64,000 nt of DNA from Nanobdellota archaeon (lineage in GTDB: Archaea; Nanobdellota; Nanobdellia; Woesearchaeales; GW2011-AR4): NCBI GenBank assembly GCA_038046385.1, contig JBBSWH010000006.1, positions 64,001 through 128,000 of the forward strand. The letters are read 5' to 3'. How positions within the stretch are numbered: position 1 is the stretch's first letter; every line of letters starts with the position of its first letter. This document shows positions 39,604-47,983 of this stretch, piece by piece. The notes beneath the pieces were generated by a model, which saw only the letters and a list, made by a program, of their open reading frames with translations, was not told the origin of the DNA and did no database searches. The position numbers were made by a program, and so were the translations under genes.

Positions 39604-40752
39604 ATGGCACAGGCAGAGAAGAAGGATTTCAACGTCAAGGACTTTAAGTCAAGAGAAAGCGCTTATGACAAGAGAGTAAAGGAACTTGAGGATGAGATAT
39701 CCGGCACCAAGTACAATAAGAAGACCCAGGGCCATATTGGGCTTGTAAAAGCAAAGTTAGCGAAAATAAAGGAAGACCAGCAGAAAAAAGTATCTTCAAA
39801 ATCCGGAGGGATGGGCTTTAGCGTCAGAAGGTCAGGAGATGCAACGGTCATAATGGTCGGTTTTCCGTCAGTTGGAAAATCAACTCTCCTAAATTCCATA
39901 ACAAACGCGAATTCTGAAGTTGCAGCTTATGCATTTACAACTTTAACATGCATTCCCGGCCTGATGGAGTACAACCACTCAAAAATACAGGTTTTGGACG
40001 TTCCCGGCATTGTGGAAGGCGCTGCAACAGGCAGAGGAAGGGGAAAAGAAGTTTTGGCGTGCGCACAAAGTGCAGATCTTGTTTTAATCATTGTGGATGT
40101 TTTCTTTCCTGAGCATCTTGAAGTGGTTCAAAAAGAGATTTATGACACCGGAATAAGATTAAACCAAAAGCCGCCTCAGATAAGGATATCGAAAAAATCA
40201 AGGGGAGGGATTGATTTGGGTGCAACTGTGCGATTAACAAAGATGAGCGACGAAACTATCAAGGGAATACTGAAAGAATTCAGGATGGACAACTCAAGCA
40301 TTGTGCTAAGAGAGGATGTGACAGATGACCAATTAATAGACGCAATTGAAGGCAACAAAAGGTATATTCCAGGGATTACCATCCTAAACAAGATGGATAT
40401 GGTTGATGAAAAGGAGCTTGAAAGGGTAAAGGCAATTGTAAAGCCGGATATCTGCATATCTGCAGAGAAAAAACTCAACACAGAAGAACTTAAGGATCTT
40501 ATTTTCAAAAAACTGGAATTCATGAGGGTTTTCTGCAAGGAAGCCGGCAAGAGGGCGGATACGGATGTCCCTGTAATAATGAGGCAGGGCAACACAATGA
40601 GGGATATGTGCATGAAGCTGCACAAGGATTTTGTTTCCAGGTTCAAGTTTGCAAGAATATGGGGGAAATCCGCAAAATTCCCGGGAATGATTGTACGAAA
40701 GCTTGACCATGTGCTGCTGGATAATGATGTTGTTGAGATACATTTGAGGTAG
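39604..40752 (+). CDS. DRG/Rbg1-family OBG GTPase with TGS domain
   Basis: GFPSVGKS, YAFTT, DVPG, NKMD motifs. Confidence 0.92.
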   Translation: MAQAEKKDFNVKDFKSRESAYDKRVKELEDEISGTKYNKKTQGHIGLVKAKLAKIKEDQQKKVSSKSGGMGFSVRRSGDATVIMVGFPSVGKSTLLNSITNANSEVAAYAFTTLTCIPGLMEYNHSKIQVLDVPGIVEGAATGRGRGKEVLACAQSADLVLIIVDVFFPEHLEVVQKEIYDTGIRLNQKPPQIRISKKSRGGIDLGATVRLTKMSDETIKGILKEFRMDNSSIVLREDVTDDQLIDAIEGNKRYIPGITILNKMDMVDEKELERVKAIVKPDICISAEKKLNTEELKDLIFKKLEFMRVFCKEAGKRADTDVPVIMRQGNTMRDMCMKLHKDFVSRFKFARIWGKSAKFPGMIVRKLDHVLLDNDVVEIHLR

Positions 40753-40787
40753 CAATGTTTATATATTGATAATTTTCAGGTATTTTT

Positions 40788-41498
40788 ATGACAGATGTTT
40801 TAGATATGGATACTGTTTTGACTTATGCTAGATTTCTTAAAGGTCTTGAAGAAAAAACAATGCAGGTTTTAAGGATTAAAAACCAGATTGATGAAAAAAT
40901 GATCCAAATAGTTGATAAGCTGAAAGACGACCTTACAAATGCCAATTTGATTGCCTCTCTGGAAGATTTAAGAAGAAGGGAAGAACGTGTTAAAAACTAC
41001 ATCAAAAATGGATTGTATACTATAGAAGGAGACATCATGCCAAAATTAGAAGCAGCCAAAAAGGAGATTCCTGATATAGAAAAGCTAAAATTTGTCATAA
41101 ATTTTTTCATGAAAGAGCTGGCCAAAGCCACTTTAAGGCTTAGGAAAGAAAAGCATTTTATTGAAGATCCTTCTGAAAAAAACTTTAAGAAATTTGTTAA
41201 AGCTTATCATAAGGAATTAAGCTTGGGCAGCAGGCTGCTGAATGAGATTGCTGGCCTTCGTTTTGAAAGCATCAGTGACAGGGATATAAAGATGGTTGTG
41301 TATGCTGGCATCGGCAGCATGGGTCTTAACGGAATTTTGCAGCAATTGGAAAAGGGGCACATAGACCCTCTTAATGGTTTTTTGGCTATGGTAAGTGCTA
41401 TGGTATTTACAATGGTCAGCCTTTATCTTTTAAATTCAAACAAAAGAGAAGACTATATTGGAAAATTAAAAAGAAGGTATGGGTTTTCTTTTTTCTAG
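40788..41498 (+). CDS. Hypothetical helical protein with C-terminal hydrophobic segments
   Basis: 236-aa ORF with TATA box upstream. Confidence 0.65.
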   Translation: MTDVLDMDTVLTYARFLKGLEEKTMQVLRIKNQIDEKMIQIVDKLKDDLTNANLIASLEDLRRREERVKNYIKNGLYTIEGDIMPKLEAAKKEIPDIEKLKFVINFFMKELAKATLRLRKEKHFIEDPSEKNFKKFVKAYHKELSLGSRLLNEIAGLRFESISDRDIKMVVYAGIGSMGLNGILQQLEKGHIDPLNGFLAMVSAMVFTMVSLYLLNSNKREDYIGKLKRRYGFSFF

Positions 41499-41542
41499 CA
41501 CAACACACAAGCTTTAAATATAACTTTATGTTTCCTTATTTA

Positions 41543-41638
41543 ATGAAAAGAGTTGAAAATTTTATGGCAGAGGTCGGATTTGCTTTCTACAGGCTGTTTT
41601 CATCTTTCAAGTTTTTCTTGATTTTTTTTAAGCATTAA
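41543..41638 (+). CDS. Candidate Phe-rich leader peptide (31 aa)
   Basis: MKRVENFMAEVGFAFYRLFSSFKFFLIFFKH with 9 Phe; TTTAAATA 22 nt upstream; below the ORF-track length cutoff. Confidence 0.5.
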   Translation: MKRVENFMAEVGFAFYRLFSSFKFFLIFFKH

Positions 41639-41689
41639 ACTGCATTTTCATGCTGTTTTCATTGAATTTAACTAGGGTGACTTTACAAA

Positions 41690-42187
41690 ATGAATGTTGT
41701 GCTGACGGGATTTATAGGAACTGGAAAAACCACAATTGCAAGGCTTCTTGCTCAAAAGACAGGCAAGAGCCTGGTTTCAACAGAGGAAGAAATATCCAAA
41801 AAGGCTAAGATGAGCCCTGGAAAATTCATAGAAAAGAACGGAATTAACAGATTCTATGACCTTGAGGCTGATGTTGTTGAGATAATATGCGAATTTGATG
41901 ACTGTATTTTTGACGCTGACTACAGAATTCTTATGAAAAATGAGAATGTAATAAGCTTCAAGAAAACATCTGTAATAATCATGCTGACAGCCGACATAAA
42001 AGATGTTCAGGAGAGAATGAAAAAAAAAGCGTCTTCTTGGACTAAAAAAAGCACCAATGAGCTTGAAGCGTCTATTAAAGAATATGAATCCAGATGCGGA
42101 AAAATTGCTGACTACATAATAGACAGCTCAAGAATGTCACCTGAAGATGCGTGCGACTTGATTGCGCATTATGTGCAGAATGAATAA
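41690..42187 (+). CDS. Shikimate kinase-like P-loop kinase (divergent)
   Basis: MNVVLTGFIGTGKTT; AroK-like length; GGG motif not conserved. Confidence 0.75.
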   Translation: MNVVLTGFIGTGKTTIARLLAQKTGKSLVSTEEEISKKAKMSPGKFIEKNGINRFYDLEADVVEIICEFDDCIFDADYRILMKNENVISFKKTSVIIMLTADIKDVQERMKKKASSWTKKSTNELEASIKEYESRCGKIADYIIDSSRMSPEDACDLIAHYVQNE

Positions 42188-42198
42188 GGCGACTTGAT

Positions 42199-43719
42199 AT
42201 GGACATAAAAAAACTTTCTGAAAGCCTGAATCCGTCTGAAAGAAAAGTCCTCAAGGTTTTGGACAGTTTTCAGTCAATCTCTGAAATAATGAAAGTCACT
42301 GGGCTAAAAGATGTAGAAGTTGTAAGATCACTGCAGTGGCTGCAAAACAAGCATGCTGTAAAAATTGAAGAAACGCAGAAAGAGGCCGTTGTTCTTGATG
42401 AAAATGGAATAAAGTACGCAAAATACGGATTGCCGGAGAGGATTTTTCTTGAAGCGCTCGACAAGCCGCTTACGCTTGAAGAGCTTGGCAAAAAATCAGG
42501 CTTGAGCAGCGAAGAGGTTGCAATTTCTTTAGGAGTTTTAAAGTCAAAAAATGCAGTTGAAATAAAAAAAACTGTGTCAATCGTTGTTTCCATAACAGAG
42601 CACGGAAAGCATATGCTGAAAAAAGGATTCCTGGAAGAAAATTTTCTGAAGGGAACATTTCCGAAGGAAGTTTCAGCACTTTCAGAAGAAGAAAAATTTT
42701 CTGTTGAAAATCTTAGAAAGAGAAAAAGGATAATAACGGTGCAGGCCTCCAAGGTTTTGACTGCAACATTAACTGAAACAGGGAAAAAACTGCTCAAGGA
42801 GAAGCTTGACGAAGAGCTTATTGAGAAAATAACTCCTGCAATGATAAAATCAAAATTATTCATAGGTAAAAAATTCAGGAGATATGATGTAAAAGTCAAT
42901 GTTCCTTCAATATTCGGGGGAAGGAAGCAGCATTACAAGAGGTTTCTTGATGAAGTCCGTGAAAAATTCGTTGCTCTTGGATTTGAGGAGCTTTCAGGGC
43001 CTATTGTAGAAAGCGATTTCTGGGATATGGATGCGCTGTTCATGCCGCAGTTCCATTCTGCAAGAGACATTCATCAGGGATATTACATAAAAGACCCGAA
43101 ATACGCAAAGGATTTGCCGGAAGACAAGGTAAAAAATGTAAAAGCTGCACATGAAAACGGCTTCGGAACAGGGTCAAAAGGATGGAGATACGATTTTGAT
43201 GTCAAAAGAACGCACAGGCATATTTTAAGAACGCATGACACTTCAATATCGGCAAGAATGCTGGCATCAAATAATCTTAAGATACCCTGCAAGCATTTCC
43301 AGATAGCAAGATGCTTCAGGTATGATGTTGTTGATGCAACTCATTTGCCTGATTTCAACCAGGTTGGCGGGATAATTGCAGAAGAGAACATAAATTTCGG
43401 GCACTTAAAATCATTATTGAGGCTTTTTGCAAAAGAATTTGCAGGAACTGAAGAAATAAGAATAAAACCAAGCTACTTTCCATTCACAGAGCCTAGCGCA
43501 GAACTGCAGGCAAAGCATCCTGAATTAGGATGGATAGAATTAGCCGGATCTGGCATTTTCAGGCCGGAACTTGTAAAGGCACTTACAGGAAAAGACACTC
43601 CAGTCATAGCCTGGGGAGTCGGGCTTGACAGATTAGCGATGTTCAAGCTTGGAATAAAGGACATAAGGCAGCTGTTTTCTCATGACCTTGAATTTTTGAG
43701 AAATGCGAGGGTGATATAA
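42199..43719 (+). CDS. pheS: Phenylalanyl-tRNA synthetase alpha subunit
   Basis: PQFHSARD, LRTH, YFPFTEPS, GIFRPE, GLDRLAM motifs. Confidence 0.95.
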   Translation: MDIKKLSESLNPSERKVLKVLDSFQSISEIMKVTGLKDVEVVRSLQWLQNKHAVKIEETQKEAVVLDENGIKYAKYGLPERIFLEALDKPLTLEELGKKSGLSSEEVAISLGVLKSKNAVEIKKTVSIVVSITEHGKHMLKKGFLEENFLKGTFPKEVSALSEEEKFSVENLRKRKRIITVQASKVLTATLTETGKKLLKEKLDEELIEKITPAMIKSKLFIGKKFRRYDVKVNVPSIFGGRKQHYKRFLDEVREKFVALGFEELSGPIVESDFWDMDALFMPQFHSARDIHQGYYIKDPKYAKDLPEDKVKNVKAAHENGFGTGSKGWRYDFDVKRTHRHILRTHDTSISARMLASNNLKIPCKHFQIARCFRYDVVDATHLPDFNQVGGIIAEENINFGHLKSLLRLFAKEFAGTEEIRIKPSYFPFTEPSAELQAKHPELGWIELAGSGIFRPELVKALTGKDTPVIAWGVGLDRLAMFKLGIKDIRQLFSHDLEFLRNARVI

Positions 43720-45395
43720 TGCCGGCAATATTATTTTCATTAAATGATCTGCAGCATCTTGTAGGCAAGAAGCTGGATATTGAGGAACTAAAGCAACTTG
43801 CGCATTATGCAAAAGCAGATATTGAACATTATGATGAAGAAGCTGATGAAATTAAGATAGAATTTGGAGATACAAATCTGCCATATTTATGGTCTGTCGA
43901 GGGGTTTGCAAGATTTTTAAAGGGAATTCTTGGAATATCAAAGGGAATTCCAAAAATAAAAATTGAAAAGGGGCCGTATAAGGTTATTGTTGACAAAAAC
44001 GTGATGGAATGCAGGCCGTATATATCCTGCTTTGCCGCAAAGGGCAGCAAAATAAATGACTATCTTTTGAAGCAACTGGTTCAGCTGCAGGAGAAATTCT
44101 GCGAAGGCTATGGGAGAAGAAGGCAGAAAGTTTCTATTGGATTGTATTCTTATGACAAGATAACTTTTCCGGTGAATTACAAATGTGTCTCGCCAAAAAC
44201 AGAATTTATTCCGCTTGAATTCAAGTCAAAGATGAATCTTAAGGAGATTCTTACGGAACATCCAAAAGGGAAAGAATATGCCTATGTCCTTAACAAGCTT
44301 GAAGAATATCCTGTCCTCATAGACGATAAAAATGAGATATTAAGCTTTGTCCCTATAATAAATTCAAATTTCACCGGCAAGCTTGAGATTGGAGATGAAA
44401 ATCTTTTTTTTGAAGCCACGGGAACTGATGAAGAATCCGTAAACCTTGCTGCAAATATTTTTGCATATTCACTTCATGAGCGCGGGTTTAGTATTTATTC
44501 TGCAGAGATAAAATATCCTGACAGAAAAATTGTTTCCCCTGCGCTAGAATGCGACGAGATAAAAATAAAAAATGGAGATATAAATAATATTTTCGGGATG
44601 GAGATAAAAGAAAAAGAAGTAAAGCATCTGCTTGAAAAAGCGTCTTATGAATTTGAAAACTGGAACGTAAAAATACCTTCTTACAGAAAAGACATTCTTC
44701 ACGCACGAGATGTTATTGAAGATATAGGGATAATGTACGGATTTGACAAAATAGAAGACAAGCCCCTTGAAACATTTACTGTCGGAAAATCACTTGCAAT
44801 AAATGAGTTTATCGTAAAGATAAGAGAAATTCTTGCAGGAATCGGATGTCAGGAAATATTGAGCCCTATGCTTACAAACAAGGAATTTCTTTACAAGAAA
44901 ATGAACATTTCTGATTTTGGAACAATAGAAATAGAGGAATACATGTCAGAAACTTATTCTGTTATCAGAAGCTGGGTGCTGCCAAATATGATGGAAGTAT
45001 TGTCAAAGAACAAGCATGTTGAATACCCGCAAAGAGTTTTTGAAGAAGGAATTGTAAACAGAAAAAAGAATGATACAATTGAAGAAAATTATTCTGCCGC
45101 AGTTGCTGTTTCGCATGAAGACGCAAATTACACTAATGTAAGGCAGGCGCTTGATTACATTGGAAGATTAATTGGAATAGAGTTTGACTATGCAGAAGAA
45201 TCACATATGTCTTTTATTGAAGGAAGGTGCGCGATTGCAAAGGCAAGAGGAAGGAATATTGCAATTCTTGGAGAAATAAATCCCGCTGTGCTTGAAAACT
45301 GGAATCTCGAGATGCCTGTTGCTGCGATGGAAATCAATTTAACAGAATTGTTTGATGTTGTGAACAGCAAACATAATGGAAAAGCTGCAAAATAA
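43719..45395 (+). CDS. pheT: Phenylalanyl-tRNA synthetase beta subunit
   Basis: RPY, QEK, PIINS, PSYRKDILHARDVIED motifs. Confidence 0.93.
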   Translation: MPAILFSLNDLQHLVGKKLDIEELKQLAHYAKADIEHYDEEADEIKIEFGDTNLPYLWSVEGFARFLKGILGISKGIPKIKIEKGPYKVIVDKNVMECRPYISCFAAKGSKINDYLLKQLVQLQEKFCEGYGRRRQKVSIGLYSYDKITFPVNYKCVSPKTEFIPLEFKSKMNLKEILTEHPKGKEYAYVLNKLEEYPVLIDDKNEILSFVPIINSNFTGKLEIGDENLFFEATGTDEESVNLAANIFAYSLHERGFSIYSAEIKYPDRKIVSPALECDEIKIKNGDINNIFGMEIKEKEVKHLLEKASYEFENWNVKIPSYRKDILHARDVIEDIGIMYGFDKIEDKPLETFTVGKSLAINEFIVKIREILAGIGCQEILSPMLTNKEFLYKKMNISDFGTIEIEEYMSETYSVIRSWVLPNMMEVLSKNKHVEYPQRVFEEGIVNRKKNDTIEENYSAAVAVSHEDANYTNVRQALDYIGRLIGIEFDYAEESHMSFIEGRCAIAKARGRNIAILGEINPAVLENWNLEMPVAAMEINLTELFDVVNSKHNGKAAK

Positions 45396-45492
45396 AACAC
45401 TGCTCAATAAAATAAAATTCATTAACTAAGAAATTTAATTAAAAAAATAAAAAAGAAATTAAAATAATAAGATAATAAAGCAAGAAAAGATT

Positions 45493-46029
45493 TTATTCTT
45501 TCTTAACAGATTTTTTTGCAGCAGGCTTCTTCTCCTTTGGCTTTTCTTCCTTTGCTGCTTCCTTGTGCTCGTGAGCGTGGTCATGCCCTTCATGTTTATG
45601 GTCGTGCGGGTGATCATGCGCATGCTCCATTTTCGGCTCGGCTGCTGCTGCTTTTGCTTCAAGGCTTGCTTCTGCCTTTTTCTTTGGCTTAAAGACATTT
45701 CTTAGTTTTTTCTTCTCTTCCTTCTGAACCTTCAATTGGTCAGGGGTCTTTCTTTTTTTCTTTGGCTTTTCTGTTTTTGGCTTTGGTTTTGTCTGCAAAA
45801 CTTCTATTCCTACTTCCTTCAATGCCTTTGCGACTTCAGAATGGGATGCGTTCTTTGCTATCTTGACTGATTGATTGATAGGCTCAAGGTGCATTATGTT
45901 GCACTTTCTCCTTCTTGTCTCTCCGTCAAGCAATACGAACTTGTGATCCAGAATGTCAACTATTACTGCTTTCTTTCCTGCGTCTCTTCCTGCTGTCTTA
46001 ACAACCAATCTTCCTATTTCCAATGCCAT
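45493..46029 (-). CDS. rpl14e: 50S ribosomal protein L14e with long K-rich and His-rich tail
   Basis: IGRLVVKTAGRDAGKKAVIVD...RRKCNIMHLEP. Confidence 0.9.
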   Translation of the reverse strand: MALEIGRLVVKTAGRDAGKKAVIVDILDHKFVLLDGETRRRKCNIMHLEPINQSVKIAKNASHSEVAKALKEVGIEVLQTKPKPKTEKPKKKRKTPDQLKVQKEEKKKLRNVFKPKKKAEASLEAKAAAAEPKMEHAHDHPHDHKHEGHDHAHEHKEAAKEEKPKEKKPAAKKSVKKE

Positions 46030-46165
46030 TTTTATCCTCCAGTCACTTTTGATGAAAAGGTAAGAAAAAGCTATTGCCTTTCAAACCACTTCATTCGGGA
46101 TGATGTCACCATTCATCCAAGTGATTTCAATTTATTTTTTTGATAATAGTGATTAATGAATATGT

Positions 46166-46432
46166 TTATGGTATTACACTGTCAACTATTTTCTTTCTCA
46201 TGCATCTGCTGCATAGTACGCCGCCAAAAGGCCTTTGAGGGCGCTTTTTGGTCTTTGCAAGGTTCTTCATCTTATATGGCAAGACTCTTGGAACTGCCTT
46301 TAATACATCACCGCAACCTGAGCAGATTGCTGCTTTAGGCTTCTTTTTACTAAAATGTATGACTGTTCTTCCGCCTGGAAGTCTCCTTGACACTTTCCTT
46401 AGGCTTGTTGACCTTAATCTTGGTGCTGGCAT
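46166..46432 (-). CDS. rpl34e: 50S ribosomal protein L34e
   Basis: LPGGR, CSGC, RPFGGVLCSRC motifs. Confidence 0.93.
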   Translation of the reverse strand: MPAPRLRSTSLRKVSRRLPGGRTVIHFSKKKPKAAICSGCGDVLKAVPRVLPYKMKNLAKTKKRPQRPFGGVLCSRCMRKKIVDSVIP

Positions 46433-46504
46433 AGATATTGGAATAAGTTCTTGATTTATAAAGGTTATTACTGCACTAGTTGGATTATAAAGTTAGATTC
46501 TGTT

Positions 46505-46672
46505 AAGTTTTACCATCGTTCGCATGTAATGTGGGTTTATATTGCAAAAATTCCCACTGGAACGCTAAAAAATCATAGATTTTTGGCGCACCAAAAACGC
46601 AATGCGTTTTTTAGTGCTTCCTTTTTGCTGAATGTTTAATTAAAAGATGCTCACATCTTGATGGCAAAACTT
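46505..46672. repeat. Dispersed palindromic element, copy 5 (with 54-bp double-hairpin insert at 46563-46616)
   Basis: AAGTTTTACCATCGTTCGCAT...ATGCTCAC-ATCTT-GATGGCAAAACTT. Confidence 0.9.
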
Positions 46673-46738
46673 ATATTATCAACAACTCCCCTTTATATCA
46701 TAATCTTTAAATATACCCGTACTAAGTTGAACTCTGTA

Positions 46739-47215
46739 ATGTTAAGTGAAAAAAGAGGAGTTTCTCCATTAATAGCTACCATTCTTTTGATAGCTTTTGC
46801 AGTAGCCTTAGGCTCTGTAGTCATGAATTGGGGATTGAATCTGCAGATTGGGCAGCCAAATGATCCCTGCAGAGAAACAGAGATAAAAATAAGGGAAATA
46901 GACAGCGGACAAGTCTGCTACGGCGGGTTTGGATCGAGCAGCTACATAAATTTTATACTTGACAATTCCGGCTCTTCTGATGTAACAGGGCTTGCAATAT
47001 GGATTGTTGGCGACAGGGGAACAAGCCTTGTGGAGCTTGACGGGATCAGCATAAAAACAGGCTCGCTGTATGAAAGGCGCGACAGGGACATAAAATACGA
47101 TCTTGGAACTTATGGCAACATAAAAGAGGTCCAGTTTATACCAAAAATAGCCGGATCAAGCATATGCCCAAAGAAAGCAATAAAAGGAACAAAAATAAGA
47201 ATATGCTCTCAGTGA
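46739..47215 (+). CDS. Archaeal type IV pilin-like protein
   Basis: KRG/VSPLIATILLIAFAVAL class III signal peptide. Confidence 0.85.
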   Translation: MLSEKRGVSPLIATILLIAFAVALGSVVMNWGLNLQIGQPNDPCRETEIKIREIDSGQVCYGGFGSSSYINFILDNSGSSDVTGLAIWIVGDRGTSLVELDGISIKTGSLYERRDRDIKYDLGTYGNIKEVQFIPKIAGSSICPKKAIKGTKIRICSQ

Positions 47216-47229
47216 AATTAGAATAAAAA

Positions 47230-47979
47230 TCAGTAAACTTTCAAAACCTTTCTTAGAATCATTGTGAATATTATTGACGACCAGATGTAAACTCCAAGCC
47301 ATCCGAACCAGTCCTTGTACCCTATTGGAAGTATTGTTCTTTTCGTGTATGACAGCTGGATTGTTTTTATTGCACCGTCTGTCTTCTTTGTTTGCGGGAG
47401 ATATTTTCCGCTGTCGGTTATCAGAACATCTCTCTGCTGTTTTTCCTCGTTATAAATCACATCTACTGTATGCGTGCCTTCACTTCCCTTGAGTTTCCAG
47501 GATACAATTGAATTTTCTATTTTCTGCGTCTTGTTGCCGGATACAATAAGTTCTTTTGGAACTTCTATCATAACATTTCCTGCTGCATTTTTATCCAGCA
47601 TTGCTGTCAAAGTAAATTCCTGATTTGGATGGATGCTATCGAATGCAAAAACGTGGCTCATCCAGCCGAATATTATGAATATCGGGATTATTGTAATAAG
47701 TGTTGGTTTAAAGGAATGACTCATGTATTTCATGTTGGATTCCATTGCCTTTTTCTGGACTTCCATTGCCCTTGCAGGATTGCTTCTTAATTCCTTTATC
47801 TGCTTCTGGTAGTCTTTCATCTCTTCCTTGAGCTTTTTCATGAGCTCCTGGTTTGTCATGTATTTTGTGACAATAATGATTAGCACAGAAACAAAAAGCG
47901 AGATTAAAGTCACTGCCAATGCAGGATTTAATTTTAGAATGGGAGCAAATACTATGTTAAGAAAATCGTAATAAGCCAT
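47230..47979 (-). CDS. DUF106 / EMC3-TMCO1 (Oxa1 superfamily) membrane protein
   Basis: TM, coiled coil, FKP...TM, C-terminal GWLGVYI; downstream of secY. Confidence 0.85.
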   Translation of the reverse strand: MAYYDFLNIVFAPILKLNPALAVTLISLFVSVLIIIVTKYMTNQELMKKLKEEMKDYQKQIKELRSNPARAMEVQKKAMESNMKYMSHSFKPTLITIIPIFIIFGWMSHVFAFDSIHPNQEFTLTAMLDKNAAGNVMIEVPKELIVSGNKTQKIENSIVSWKLKGSEGTHTVDVIYNEEKQQRDVLITDSGKYLPQTKKTDGAIKTIQLSYTKRTILPIGYKDWFGWLGVYIWSSIIFTMILRKVLKVY

Positions 47980-47983
47980 ACTT

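Noticed and set aside
4963-46672. Repeat family as a CRISPR array or as integron attC sites
   Set aside because: The copies are dispersed kilobases apart with no repeat-spacer periodicity. RYYYAAC/GTTRRRY ends are not conserved (only copy 4 has AAC...GTT), the flanking genes are core genes in mixed orientations, and I saw no integrase.
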